Origin: an uncultured Candidatus Saccharibacteria bacterium
GTDB lineage: Bacteria > Patescibacteriota > Minisyncoccia > UBA6257 > Colwellbacteraceae
DNA length: 32,624 nucleotides
NCBI GenBank assembly: GCA_964348605.1
Contig: CAYGDC010000002.1
Span: 1-32,624, forward strand
Direction: 5' to 3'
Below the pieces are notes generated by a model. The model was not told the origin of the DNA and did no database searches. It was given only the letters and a program-made list of their open reading frames with translations. The translations under genes and the position numbers were made by a program. Position 1 is the first letter of the stretch, and each line of letters opens with the position of its first letter. Below are positions 17,410 through 26,580 of this stretch, piece after piece.

Positions 17410-18679
17410 ATTATTAGAAATATTTAGGCATCCCGATATTAAGAAAAAAGTCTTAATTATTTTAGGCTTACTTGTTTTTTTTAGATTACTTGCGGCAATT
17501 CCTTTGCCAGGAGTTAATTTAGAGGCGCTAAGAAACCTTCTTGCTGCTAATAATTTTTTCGGTATTATGAATATCTTCTCTGGAGGAGCAATGGGAAACC
17601 TTTCCATCGCTCTATTAGGAGTCGGCCCTTATATCACGGCAACAATTATTTTACAGGTTTTAACTATGATATTTCCTCACCTCAAAGAGATATATCATGA
17701 AGATGGTGCCGCTGGAAGAGCTAAGTTTAATAGATTAGGAAGACTAATAACTGTTCCGCTTGCCATATTACAAACTTACGCACTATTAACTTTCCTCGTT
17801 ACTCAACAAGTGTTTCCAGCCTTTAGTGTTTTAGATTTTTCTTTTTGGGTTAATGCGCTTACTGCCACAGCAGCATCTATGATTCTATTGTGGGTTGGGG
17901 AAATTATTGATGAGCAAAAATTTGGCAACGGTGTTTCTCTTATTATTTTTGCGGGCATTGTTGCTGGCTTTCCTATGGCGCTTGGCGGTGTTTACCTTCA
18001 ATTAATCCAAGGACTTATGAGATGGGACGCCCTTATTATATTTGCCGTTTTTACGCTTGTGGTTATTGCTGGAGTAGTATTTGTAAATCAAGGAGAACAT
18101 AAAGTAATTGTTTCTTATCCAAAGCGGATAAAGGGCAATAAGGTCTATGGCGGAGTTGAGTCTTATTTGCCTATCAGAGTAAATCAAGCAGGAGTTATTC
18201 CTATTATTTTTGCTATGGCGATGCTTTCTTTTCCGCAGATGATAGGGCAAATTATTATAAGCTTTGCTCCAGGATTTGGCACAGGCATAAACGAAGCAAT
18301 TACTCGATTTATGACCAATCAATTTGCATACGGCATTCTCTATTTTTTGCTTGTTTTTCTCTTCACTTATTTTTATACAGCAGTGGTCTTCAATCCACAA
18401 GAAATATCTAAAAACTTGCAACGCTCTGGCGGATTTATTTCTGGCATTAGGCCAGGAGATCCGACTGCAAAACACCTAAGCTCTATTGTTAGTAAAATTA
18501 CTCTTTTTGGAGCGCTTTTTTTAGGACTTATCGCTGTTCTTCCTATCGTAACACAAGCCTTAGTTAATCAAAATTTTGTAATTGGCGGCACAGCGCTTTT
18601 GATTGTTGTTTCTGTGGCTCTAGACTCCTGGAAACAAATTGACGCTCAACTTAAAATGCGCGAATACGAAATTGCGTAG
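17402..18679 (+). CDS. secY: Protein translocase subunit SecY
   Basis: Ten-TM profile. IPLPGVN, FSGGAMGNLSIALLGVGPYITA and FGNGVSLIIFAGI motifs. Confidence 0.95.
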   Translation: MDKLLEIFRHPDIKKKVLIILGLLVFFRLLAAIPLPGVNLEALRNLLAANNFFGIMNIFSGGAMGNLSIALLGVGPYITATIILQVLTMIFPHLKEIYHEDGAAGRAKFNRLGRLITVPLAILQTYALLTFLVTQQVFPAFSVLDFSFWVNALTATAASMILLWVGEIIDEQKFGNGVSLIIFAGIVAGFPMALGGVYLQLIQGLMRWDALIIFAVFTLVVIAGVVFVNQGEHKVIVSYPKRIKGNKVYGGVESYLPIRVNQAGVIPIIFAMAMLSFPQMIGQIIISFAPGFGTGINEAITRFMTNQFAYGILYFLLVFLFTYFYTAVVFNPQEISKNLQRSGGFISGIRPGDPTAKHLSSIVSKITLFGALFLGLIAVLPIVTQALVNQNFVIGGTALLIVVSVALDSWKQIDAQLKMREYEIA

Positions 18680-18718
18680 AGACTTCAATTTGTATTTTAT
18701 TTTTATTAAAACTTTTTT

Positions 18719-18835
18719 ACTTTTAAGCTTTATCGCAAAACAGGCTTTAAGCTTTTAAGCTTCCCACGAAAGCGAGCTTTTGAAATAGTGACGAGAGAAA
18801 TGCGATCTCTATAAAAGCGGTTCTCGCGTAGCGAA
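18719..18835. repeat. Intergenic cluster of ACTTTTAAGCTT-type units with GCG(A/T)AGC-like mini-hairpins (secY-adk spacer)
   Basis: acttttaagctt (18719-18730), gcttttaagcttcccacgaaagcgagc (18751-18777), cgcgtagcg (18825-18833). Related units recur at 29501-29580. Confidence 0.5.
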
Positions 18836-18862
18836 AAAATTTATGCTTTCAATCTTTAGTCT

Positions 18863-18890
18863 TTGCGTTTTGGTTTTCTTTGCATATAAT
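18863..18890 (+). promoter_or_regulatory. Putative promoter; -10 box lies 6 nt from the adk ATG (leaderless candidate)
   Basis: TTGCGT (18863-18868), 16-nt spacer, TATAAT (18885-18890), ATG at 18897. Confidence 0.4.
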
Positions 18891-18896
18891 TATTAT

Positions 18897-19562
18897 ATGC
18901 AAAAATATGCCATTATTTTTTATGGACCACCAGGAGCGGGCAAAGGAACGCAAGCAGATGGGGTCGCCCAGAAATATGGGTTTACTCATCTTGATTCAGG
19001 CAAGCATATTGAGAAAATAATTCATACTCCATCTTTACAAAAAAGTAGAATTATTCAAAAACAAAGAAAATTATTTTTATCTGGCAAGCTTACTGATCCT
19101 GCTTGGTTTGGTGCTGAAATCAAAAAATATATTAAAAAAATAGCTATTGAGGGGAAAAGCTTGATAATGAGTGGTAGTCCACGCACAATAGAAGAGGCCT
19201 TTGAATTAAAAGGTGGCGGTGTTGCAAACACACTTATTAAAAATTACGGATTAAAAAATATTCTTATTATATTTTTAAATATTCCAGTCGCAGAATCTGT
19301 TAAGAGAAATTCTAAGCGTGGACGAATTGGTCTCGATGAGCCAGCTATTATAAGAGTGAGGTGTTGTGAATATAAAAAAAGAACTTTGCCAGTTATCGCA
19401 GAAATGAAAAAATTAGGAATAAAAGTCGTAAAAATTAATGGCAATGCTCCTAAGGGGGTTATCGCACGCGCTGTTTTAAAAGAAATTAAATTATTTTTAC
19501 AATGTCAAAAATCAAATCCGCAAGAGATATTGAATTGCTCGCGGTGTCGGGAAGCATCTTAA
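18897..19562 (+). CDS. adk: Adenylate kinase (short-lid type)
   Basis: The P-loop GPPGAGKGTQ follows immediately after ATG 18897 (MQKYAIIFYGPPGAGKGTQ). The ORF-track start at 18843 adds a hydrophobic non-homologous leader and runs across the promoter. The 3' end overlaps map by 61 nt. Confidence 0.85.
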   Translation: MQKYAIIFYGPPGAGKGTQADGVAQKYGFTHLDSGKHIEKIIHTPSLQKSRIIQKQRKLFLSGKLTDPAWFGAEIKKYIKKIAIEGKSLIMSGSPRTIEEAFELKGGGVANTLIKNYGLKNILIIFLNIPVAESVKRNSKRGRIGLDEPAIIRVRCCEYKKRTLPVIAEMKKLGIKVVKINGNAPKGVIARAVLKEIKLFLQCQKSNPQEILNCSRCREAS

Positions 19563-20263
19563 AATCTGTTTTAAATGAAACTGTTAAGGCCGCAAAACCA
19601 GGTGTTAAGCTATCTTTTCTTGATCGATTAGCAGCGGATCTAATCGCTTCTCATAACGCCAAGCCATCATTTTTAGGATATAGGCCAGAGGGAGCTAAAA
19701 AAACGTATCCCGCATCTATCACTACTTCGCTGGACAGTGTGGTTGTGCATGGCATACCAAATAATCAAACCCTACAAGAGGGATGCGTATTAAAAATTGA
19801 TATAGGCGTTAACTATAAGGGTTATTTTACTGATTCGGCGCGAACAATTATTATTGGCAATAAAAAAACAAAAGCGATTAAAAAATTAATAAAAGCAACC
19901 GAAGAGGCTCTTTATGCTGGCATAGCAGAAGTCTCGCCAGGTAAAAGATTAGGAGACATTGGCTTTGCTATCTCTGCTGTCGCACAAAAGTATGGCGCTA
20001 ATGTTATAGCAGGACTTGCAGGACATGGAGTTGGTTTTGCACCCCATGAAGATCCATTAGTTTTAAACATAGGTCGTAAAGGGTCAGGCATCCTTATCGA
20101 AGAAGGAATGGTGCTGGCGCTTGAGCCGATGTTCTCACTTGGCAGCTCAGCAGTTTTTGAGCTTCCTGATGGAAGCTTCAAAACTGTAGATAATGCTATT
20201 ACTGCTCATTTTGAACATACGGTAGCGGCACTAAGCTCCGGCCCCAAAATCTTAACTGCTTAA
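19502..20263 (+). CDS. map: Methionine aminopeptidase, type I
   Basis: Pita-bread fold metal ligands in context (DIGVNYKGYFTDSART, GHGVG, LEPM, EHTV). Confidence 0.93.
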   Translation: MSKIKSARDIELLAVSGSILKSVLNETVKAAKPGVKLSFLDRLAADLIASHNAKPSFLGYRPEGAKKTYPASITTSLDSVVVHGIPNNQTLQEGCVLKIDIGVNYKGYFTDSARTIIIGNKKTKAIKKLIKATEEALYAGIAEVSPGKRLGDIGFAISAVAQKYGANVIAGLAGHGVGFAPHEDPLVLNIGRKGSGILIEEGMVLALEPMFSLGSSAVFELPDGSFKTVDNAITAHFEHTVAALSSGPKILTA

Positions 20264-20308
20264 TTTGTATTATTACATTAATAGTCGCTTGTCGTTAGTT
20301 ATATTTTT

Positions 20309-20337
20309 TTGACTTTTAGTCTTTGAATTTCTAATAT
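20309..20337 (+). promoter_or_regulatory. Putative promoter; -10 box lies 6 nt from the mreB ATG (leaderless candidate)
   Basis: TTGACT (20309-20314), 17-nt spacer, TAATAT (20332-20337), ATG at 20344, no SD in between. Confidence 0.5.
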
Positions 20338-20343
20338 GTAGTC

Positions 20344-21354
20344 ATGTTTGTAAAACAAATTGGGATTGATCTCGGAACCACTAATACCGTTGTCTATACT
20401 CCCAGGAAAGGATTTGTTATCAATGAGCCAACAATAGTTGCTTTAAGTCTACCTAGTAATAAAGTTTTAGCTGTAGGCCACGAAGCCAAAGAAATGATAG
20501 GACGCACGCCAGGCGATATTTTAGCTTATCGTCCACTAAAAGATGGAGTCATCGCTGACTACTATATCACCAGAGCAATGCTCACTTATTTTATTAAGAA
20601 GGCATCTGGCAGATTTAATTTTTGGCGGCCAGATGTAGTTATTTCTGTGCCTGCAGGCATTACTCCCACTGAAAAAAGAGCTGTCTTAAATGCCGCTACT
20701 GAGGCAGGCGCAAAAAATTCTTATGTTGTCAGAGAGCCCTTGCTTGCTGCTTTAGGCGCTGGCATTCCGATTAATTCTTCGTCTGGCAATATGATTATTA
20801 ATATCGGTGGCGGAACAAGTGAAGTCGCCGTTATTTCTCTCGGAAGCGTTGTTTGTTTTTCAAGTCTTCGAGTTGCTGGCAATAAGTTTGATGCTGCTAT
20901 TATAGAATATGTTAAAAAGAAACATTCTTTAGCAATTGGTGAGCAAACTGCTGAAGCCGCTAAAATTGCCGCTGGCTCAGCACTGCCTTTAAAAAATAAA
21001 ATTGAATTTGAAATAAGAGGAAGAGATTTAATTAAAGGACTTCCTAAAGATGTTGTTATTACCTCAAATGAAATTGCGGAAGCCCTAAACCCCCTACTTT
21101 TAGATGTTGCCGCTTCTGTTCAAAATGTATTTAACGAAACCCCTCCTGAGCTTGTAGCAGACATTATGGAAAAAGGACTAATTGTTTCAGGCGGTGGCGC
21201 AAACCTAAGAAGCATAGACGAATTCTTTAATAGGATATTAGGCGTAGAGTCTTACATTGCAGAAGACCCTCTTCTCTGTGTTGCAAAAGGCTCTGGCGCG
21301 ATCTTAAATCATCTTGATGCTTATAAAAAAACTCTTCTTAATAAAAATAATTAA
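20344..21354 (+). CDS. mreB: Rod-shape protein MreB (paralog 1)
   Basis: Actin-fold motifs IGIDLGTTNT, NEPT, VVISVPAG, INIGGGTSEVAVIS and IVSGGGANLR. Confidence 0.9.
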   Translation: MFVKQIGIDLGTTNTVVYTPRKGFVINEPTIVALSLPSNKVLAVGHEAKEMIGRTPGDILAYRPLKDGVIADYYITRAMLTYFIKKASGRFNFWRPDVVISVPAGITPTEKRAVLNAATEAGAKNSYVVREPLLAALGAGIPINSSSGNMIINIGGGTSEVAVISLGSVVCFSSLRVAGNKFDAAIIEYVKKKHSLAIGEQTAEAAKIAAGSALPLKNKIEFEIRGRDLIKGLPKDVVITSNEIAEALNPLLLDVAASVQNVFNETPPELVADIMEKGLIVSGGGANLRSIDEFFNRILGVESYIAEDPLLCVAKGSGAILNHLDAYKKTLLNKNN

Positions 21355-22121
21355 TGCTTTTAGGCCGAGATAAAGAAAGTAAAATAATAAAGCGGCTAAA
21401 AGAAAACAATCTTTTAGCGGGGAGTTTTATTTTTTTTGGCGAATCACAAGTTGGAAAATTTACTTTTGCGGATGAACTTACTCGTGAATTAGAAGGCAAT
21501 CCTTTTGTTTGTCAAGAAAGACTAATTATCTGTTCTGGTGAGTCTAAAATTGGTATTGACGCGATAAGAGAAATGAAACTTTTTCTTCGCAAGCGTCCAG
21601 CCATGTCAGCTTTTCGCTCAGTTATTATCAAAGACGCGCACAAAATGACTTCCGAAGCACAAAACGCCGCCTTAAAAATAGTAGAAGAGCCCCCTCCTTA
21701 CGCTTTAATAATCTTTATTGCTCGAGGAATTGATAGTATTTTGCCAACTCTATCATCACGATTAAGAAGACTTTATTTTCCGCGCGTTCCAAAACATGAT
21801 ATGATATCTTGGCTTATAGCAAGCCATAATATTTCTGAAAAAGAAGCGGAGAACATTGCAGAAATTTCTTTTGGCGCTCCAGGCTTTGCTCTTCAAGTTA
21901 TAAAAGAAATGAGTGCAAAAAAAACAAAGTCTGTTACCATCCCTAAAAAATTTAACTCGACAGAAGAATATGACGAATTTATAAAAAAATATCTTATAAA
22001 GCTATATCATGACAAAAATAAAAATTCAGTTATCTTAAAAAAAGTGCTAAGAATAATAGAGTTATCATCAAAATTCAATACTAATAAAAAACTTCAAATA
22101 CAGTCGGTTTTTAATTTTTAA
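21354..22121 (+). CDS. holB: DNA polymerase III delta-prime-like clamp-loader subunit
   Basis: Clamp-loader AAA+ pattern: degenerate P-loop FFGESQVGKFT, then IIKDAHKMTSEAQNAALKIVEEPP and SRLRRLYFPRV (SRC-like). The short length and degenerate Walker A fit delta-prime better than tau/gamma. Confidence 0.6.
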   Translation: MLLGRDKESKIIKRLKENNLLAGSFIFFGESQVGKFTFADELTRELEGNPFVCQERLIICSGESKIGIDAIREMKLFLRKRPAMSAFRSVIIKDAHKMTSEAQNAALKIVEEPPPYALIIFIARGIDSILPTLSSRLRRLYFPRVPKHDMISWLIASHNISEKEAENIAEISFGAPGFALQVIKEMSAKKTKSVTIPKKFNSTEEYDEFIKKYLIKLYHDKNKNSVILKKVLRIIELSSKFNTNKKLQIQSVFNF

Positions 22122-22137
22122 TTAATCAAAAAACACT

Positions 22138-22668
22138 ATGGACCCATTAAAAGAAATATCTATAAAAATGGATGAAATAATTACTTTTGTGAAAGATGAG
22201 TTTTCTAAAATTCGCACAAATAGGCCAACAACTCGGTTAGTAGAGCATATTAAAGTTTCGTACATGAGTACTGAAGTGCAGCTCATTCATATCGCGACTC
22301 TAAGCATTAGTCCTCCGCGAGATATTATTGTTTCTCCTTGGGACAAAAGCGCAATACCAGCGATTACTAAATCAATTGAAGAAGCGGGCATAGGCCTTGG
22401 TATTTCGGCTGATAGCAGTGGGGTACGACTTACAATGCCAGAGCTTACTGGAGAAAGAAAGCAAGAGTTAATTAAGCTTATTAAAATCATCGCTGAAGAA
22501 AACAGAATTAAGATGCGAGCAGAGCGTAATAAAATTGTGAAAGAGCTAGAATCTTTGCCTGAAGATCAAAAATTTAGGGGAAAAAATAATCTTCAGAAGC
22601 TCGTAGATGATTTTAATGATCAGATTGATAATTTAATAGAAGTAAAGATTACAGAGATAGAATCTTAA
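22138..22668 (+). CDS. frr: Ribosome recycling factor
   Basis: 176 aa. FSKIRTNRPTTRLVEHIKV, PWDKS and LTGERKQELIK patterns are typical of RRF. Confidence 0.9.
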   Translation: MDPLKEISIKMDEIITFVKDEFSKIRTNRPTTRLVEHIKVSYMSTEVQLIHIATLSISPPRDIIVSPWDKSAIPAITKSIEEAGIGLGISADSSGVRLTMPELTGERKQELIKLIKIIAEENRIKMRAERNKIVKELESLPEDQKFRGKNNLQKLVDDFNDQIDNLIEVKITEIES

Positions 22669-22674
22669 AAAAAC

Positions 22675-23667
22675 ATGGAATTTATCTTCACAGCGACACT
22701 TGTCATTATTTTCTTTGCTATTTTAATCTTAGGTCACGAAATCGGCCATTTTATGGCCGCAAAATTTCTTAACTTTGAAGTTCAGGAGCTTGGCTTTGGC
22801 TTACCGCCAAAAATTTTTGGACGTAAATGGCGAGGTACGGAATACTCTCTAAATGCTATTCCTTTTGGTGGGTTTGTAAGGGTGCCTGCGCTTGATTATT
22901 CAACAGAAGAATCTTTCACAATTCCTTTATGGAAAAAGGCGATCGTTTTTACTTCGGGAGTTTTTATGAATTTTATTATCGCATGGGCGGTCTTTTCAAT
23001 TATCTTTATGATTGGTGCCCCCAAAGGAGTGTATGTAAGCGCTATAATAGACAATTCCCCAGCACAAATTGCCGGAATAGAGGCGGGTGATAAGTTAATT
23101 GATTTCCAGTATCTCGCTCCGCTTATAAATATGATAGGAAATACTGAGCCTGGAAATTCGCTTACTCTTCGCGTAGAGCGTCAAAGAAAAATTTTAAATA
23201 TCGCGGTGACTCCAATTATGGACGAAGGAGTCAGTCGCATAGGAGTAGAGCTTATGGAAACTGGCTTTCCTAAAGAAGGATTTTTACAAAGCCTTAGATC
23301 AGGTATAGAGACTACTTGGTCTTTTATTGTAAAAATTCTCGAGGCGCTTATAGCAATGCTACGCTATCGTAATTTTGATAATGCTGCTGGCCCAATAGAG
23401 GTCTTTGTTGCTATTCAAGTTACAGAAGATATGGGAATTATCTATTTTTTACAACTTTTAGGAGTGGTTTCGTTAAATCTTATGATAATCAATCTTTTGC
23501 CCTTGCCTGCGCTTGATGGGGGACACATGCTAATTCTGTTGGTTGAAAAAATCAGAAGAAAACCGATTAATAAACAATTGATTTTACGGATAAACTCTCT
23601 ATTTTATTCCCTTTTGTTGCTTTTAATGTTTATTGTTACAATAAGGGGCATAATCAGGCTTTTTTAA
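22675..23667 (+). CDS. rseP: Site-2 (M50) zinc metalloprotease RseP-like with one PDZ domain
   Basis: HEIGHF in TM1, PDZ-like segment (SPAQIAGIEAGDKLI) and NLLPLPALDGGH motif. Confidence 0.85.
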   Translation: MEFIFTATLVIIFFAILILGHEIGHFMAAKFLNFEVQELGFGLPPKIFGRKWRGTEYSLNAIPFGGFVRVPALDYSTEESFTIPLWKKAIVFTSGVFMNFIIAWAVFSIIFMIGAPKGVYVSAIIDNSPAQIAGIEAGDKLIDFQYLAPLINMIGNTEPGNSLTLRVERQRKILNIAVTPIMDEGVSRIGVELMETGFPKEGFLQSLRSGIETTWSFIVKILEALIAMLRYRNFDNAAGPIEVFVAIQVTEDMGIIYFLQLLGVVSLNLMIINLLPLPALDGGHMLILLVEKIRRKPINKQLILRINSLFYSLLLLLMFIVTIRGIIRLF

Positions 23668-23680
23668 ATATTTGCTATCT

Positions 23681-24898
23681 ATGAAACAAAGTTTATTTTT
23701 TGTCAAAACTCTTAGAGAAGGCCCTCAAGGAGAAGAATCACTAAACGCTAAATTACTAATTCGCGCTGGATTTATACATAAGATTATGGCAGGAGTATAT
23801 GCTTTTTTACCTCTCGGCCTTCGCGTTATGAATAAAATAGAATCTATTATTCGTAAAGAGATGGAATTAGTTGGTGGGCAAGAATTACTTATGAGCTCTC
23901 TCCAGCCAAAAGCAGATTGGGTAAAAACTAATCGATGGGATAACTTAGATGTGCTTTTTCGGTTTACAAGTCATTATTCTCAAAACGAATACGTATTAGG
24001 TCCCACTCACGAAGAAGAGGTGGTGCCTATTTTAAAGCAACATATTTTTTCATATCGTGATTTACCGGCTTATGTTTTTCAGTTTCAAAATAAGTTTCGT
24101 GATGAAAAAAGAGCTAAGTCTGGGCTTTTGCGTGGCAGAGAATTTTTAATGAAAGATTTTTATTCTTTCCACGCCGATGAAACTGATTTAGACAATTATT
24201 ACGATGTTATGGCCGGTGCTTATAAACGTGTTTTTGATGCTCTCGGCATTGGAGATAAAACATATTTTACTTTTGCCTCCGGCGGGACTTTTTCTAAATA
24301 TTCGCATGAATTTCAAATGATCGCCCCATCTGGAGAAGACACTATTCATGTTTGCGATAAGTGTAATATAGCTATCAATGAAGAGGTGCTTGAAAACATG
24401 AACAATGCCTGCCCAGAATGCTTATCAAAAGAATTAAAAATTGAGAAAGCGATTGAAGTTGGTAATATTTTTAAATTAAAAGATAAATATTCTGCTCCAT
24501 TTGAGCTTCAATTTAAGGACGTAGGTGGTGCAACAAAAAATGTTCTTATGGGTTGTTATGGTATAGGCGTTAGCCGTCTTATGGGAACGATTGTTGAAGC
24601 ATCATGCGACGCTAAAGGCATTATTTGGCCCGAAGCGGTCGCACCTTTTCGCTATCATCTTTTAGAACAAAACTCAGGCGAAGCAAAACAAATTTATGAA
24701 AAAATGATAGAAGACAAGCATGAAGTGCTATATGATGATCGCAAGATAGGGCTAGGGGAAAAATTTGCCGATGCCGACCTCATGGGAATACCTACAAGAC
24801 TTCTCGTTAGCTCTAAAACAGCAGGAAAAATTGAGGCCAAGAAAAGAAAAGAAGAAAAAACAGAAATTATAAACTATGAAAATATTTCAAAATTTTAA
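23681..24898 (+). CDS. proS: Prolyl-tRNA synthetase, bacterial type without INS editing domain
   Basis: Class II motifs FRDEKRAKSGLLRGREFLMKDFYSF and GCYGIGVSR, plus a C-terminal anticodon-binding domain. Only ~405 aa. ATG 23681 is preferred to TTG 23672, and either is possible. Confidence 0.85.
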   Translation: MKQSLFFVKTLREGPQGEESLNAKLLIRAGFIHKIMAGVYAFLPLGLRVMNKIESIIRKEMELVGGQELLMSSLQPKADWVKTNRWDNLDVLFRFTSHYSQNEYVLGPTHEEEVVPILKQHIFSYRDLPAYVFQFQNKFRDEKRAKSGLLRGREFLMKDFYSFHADETDLDNYYDVMAGAYKRVFDALGIGDKTYFTFASGGTFSKYSHEFQMIAPSGEDTIHVCDKCNIAINEEVLENMNNACPECLSKELKIEKAIEVGNIFKLKDKYSAPFELQFKDVGGATKNVLMGCYGIGVSRLMGTIVEASCDAKGIIWPEAVAPFRYHLLEQNSGEAKQIYEKMIEDKHEVLYDDRKIGLGEKFADADLMGIPTRLLVSSKTAGKIEAKKRKEEKTEIINYENISKF

Positions 24899-25919
24899 TC
24901 ACAGTATTGGCGTTGATTTAGGAACAGTAAACACGCTCATATATTTGAAAGGTAAGGGCATATTAGTAAACGAGCCAACCGTAATTGCCGTAAATAATAA
25001 AACTGATCAGATTATAGCCATTGGAGATGAGGCCAAAAAAATGCTTGATCGCACCCCACGTCATATAAATATAGTGCGTCCCATTGTAAGCGGAGTTGTT
25101 TCTGACTTTGAAATGGCAACAGAAATAATGAAATTTCATTTAAAAAATCTAGATGATAGCGTTTTTAATCGCTGTGGCCTTGCTGTTTTGGGCATACCGA
25201 CAAATCTAACCGAAGTTGAAAGAAAATCAGCAGAAGATGTTCTAATATCAGCAGGGGCATCAAGAGTTTATCTTGTTGAAGAACCAATTGCTGCCGCGCT
25301 TGGGTCTAGGCTTTCAATAGAAGATCCCTCCGCTAATATGATTATTGATATTGGTGGAGGTACTACTGAGCTTGCCATTATTTCAATTGGAGGAACCGTC
25401 GTATCAAATAGCTTAAAAATTGCCGGCGAAAAATTTAACGAAGATATAATCAGATTTATTAAAGATGAGTTCCAGCTTGCAATAGGCGAACCAACTGCCG
25501 AAGAAATTAAGATAAGAATTGGTTCGGCTATGCCGATTGAAGAAAAGCTTGAAATAGCGGTACGTGGTCGAGACTTAGGCACTGGTTTACCGAAGGAGAT
25601 AGTTGTTAAAAACTCATATGTGCGACTTGCTGTTGCTAAATCTTTGCGGATTATAACAGATGCTGTAAAAAACCTTATAGAAGGTGCACCCCCCGAGCTT
25701 GTGGGGGATATTTTAGACAAAGGCATATATATTTGTGGAGGAGGCAGTCTTTTACGTGGCTTTGATAAATATATTGAGAAAGAAACGACTGTTAAGACAA
25801 ATTTAATAGAGGATTCTCAAACTTGCGTCATTAGAGGACTTGGCATTATTGTTGAAGATTTTGCAAGATATGAGAAACTTTTAAATAGCCAATCAAGACC
25901 AAAAGAAATAAGCTTATAA
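24876..25919 (+). CDS. mreB: Rod-shape protein MreB (paralog 2), first gene of the mreBCD-pbp2 block
   Basis: IGVDLGTVNT, NEPT, IIDIGGGTTELAIIS and YICGGGSLLRG motifs. Followed directly by mreC. Confidence 0.9.
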   Translation: MKIFQNFNHSIGVDLGTVNTLIYLKGKGILVNEPTVIAVNNKTDQIIAIGDEAKKMLDRTPRHINIVRPIVSGVVSDFEMATEIMKFHLKNLDDSVFNRCGLAVLGIPTNLTEVERKSAEDVLISAGASRVYLVEEPIAAALGSRLSIEDPSANMIIDIGGGTTELAIISIGGTVVSNSLKIAGEKFNEDIIRFIKDEFQLAIGEPTAEEIKIRIGSAMPIEEKLEIAVRGRDLGTGLPKEIVVKNSYVRLAVAKSLRIITDAVKNLIEGAPPELVGDILDKGIYICGGGSLLRGFDKYIEKETTVKTNLIEDSQTCVIRGLGIIVEDFARYEKLLNSQSRPKEISL

Positions 25920-25923
25920 AAAT

Positions 25924-26580
25924 ATGCAAAAATGGTTGTTAATGCTTTTAATAATTGCTAGTATTTACATCGTTTTTTCAGGTGAGTTTTTTATAGAGGC
26001 CAAGGGAGCCATCTTTTCTTCTATGCAAGGTGGCTTGACGCATGAAAATGAACTGAGTTATATTCGCGAAAAAAATCAACAACTTGAAATAGAGATCCTA
26101 AATCTTAGAAAAGGAAACCTATTAGCTGATAATGAAAAAGGGATTAGCGCTAAAGTTTTTTCTCTATATCCGTTCGCGGATCGCTCAAAAATAATTGTAA
26201 ACGCCGGAAAAGAACAGGGCGTAGAAATTGGCTCTACTGTAAAAAGCGGAAATATTTTAATAGGAAAAGTGATAGGAACAGCGAGAAGAACTAGCGTTGT
26301 TCAGACTATTTTTGATGCTCAATTTGAAATTCCTGTGCGAATAGGTGAGGCCGAGATAGATGCTTTATACACTGGGGGAATGCGCCCTAAGTTACGCATT
26401 ATTGACGCCAATGATCCCCCTCAATATGGAGAAATTGTTGTCTCTGCTTCGCCTGAATTACCGTATGGACTAGGAATAGGCAAAATACTTTATGTTTCAG
26501 AAGGAGTAATGAAAGAAGCGATTATTGAGCCATTTTTAGAAATAAAAAAAATTAGAAATGTATTTATCTCTTCTTTTTAA
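25924..26580 (+). CDS. mreC: Rod-shape protein MreC
   Basis: N-terminal TM helix and coiled coil (IREKNQQLEIEILNLRK). Beta-barrel motifs GSTVKSGNILIGKVIG..SVVQTIFD and GEIVVSASPELPYGLGIGKI. Confidence 0.8.
   Translation: MQKWLLMLLIIASIYIVFSGEFFIEAKGAIFSSMQGGLTHENELSYIREKNQQLEIEILNLRKGNLLADNEKGISAKVFSLYPFADRSKIIVNAGKEQGVEIGSTVKSGNILIGKVIGTARRTSVVQTIFDAQFEIPVRIGEAEIDALYTGGMRPKLRIIDANDPPQYGEIVVSASPELPYGLGIGKILYVSEGVMKEAIIEPFLEIKKIRNVFISSF

Noticed and set aside
17221-17420. Frameshift or sequencing error as the explanation for the short rplO
   Set aside because: The sequence immediately downstream encodes a canonical SecY N-terminus. No alternative frame contains L15 C-terminal-like sequence. 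A real deletion or an assembly deletion cannot be told apart without reads.
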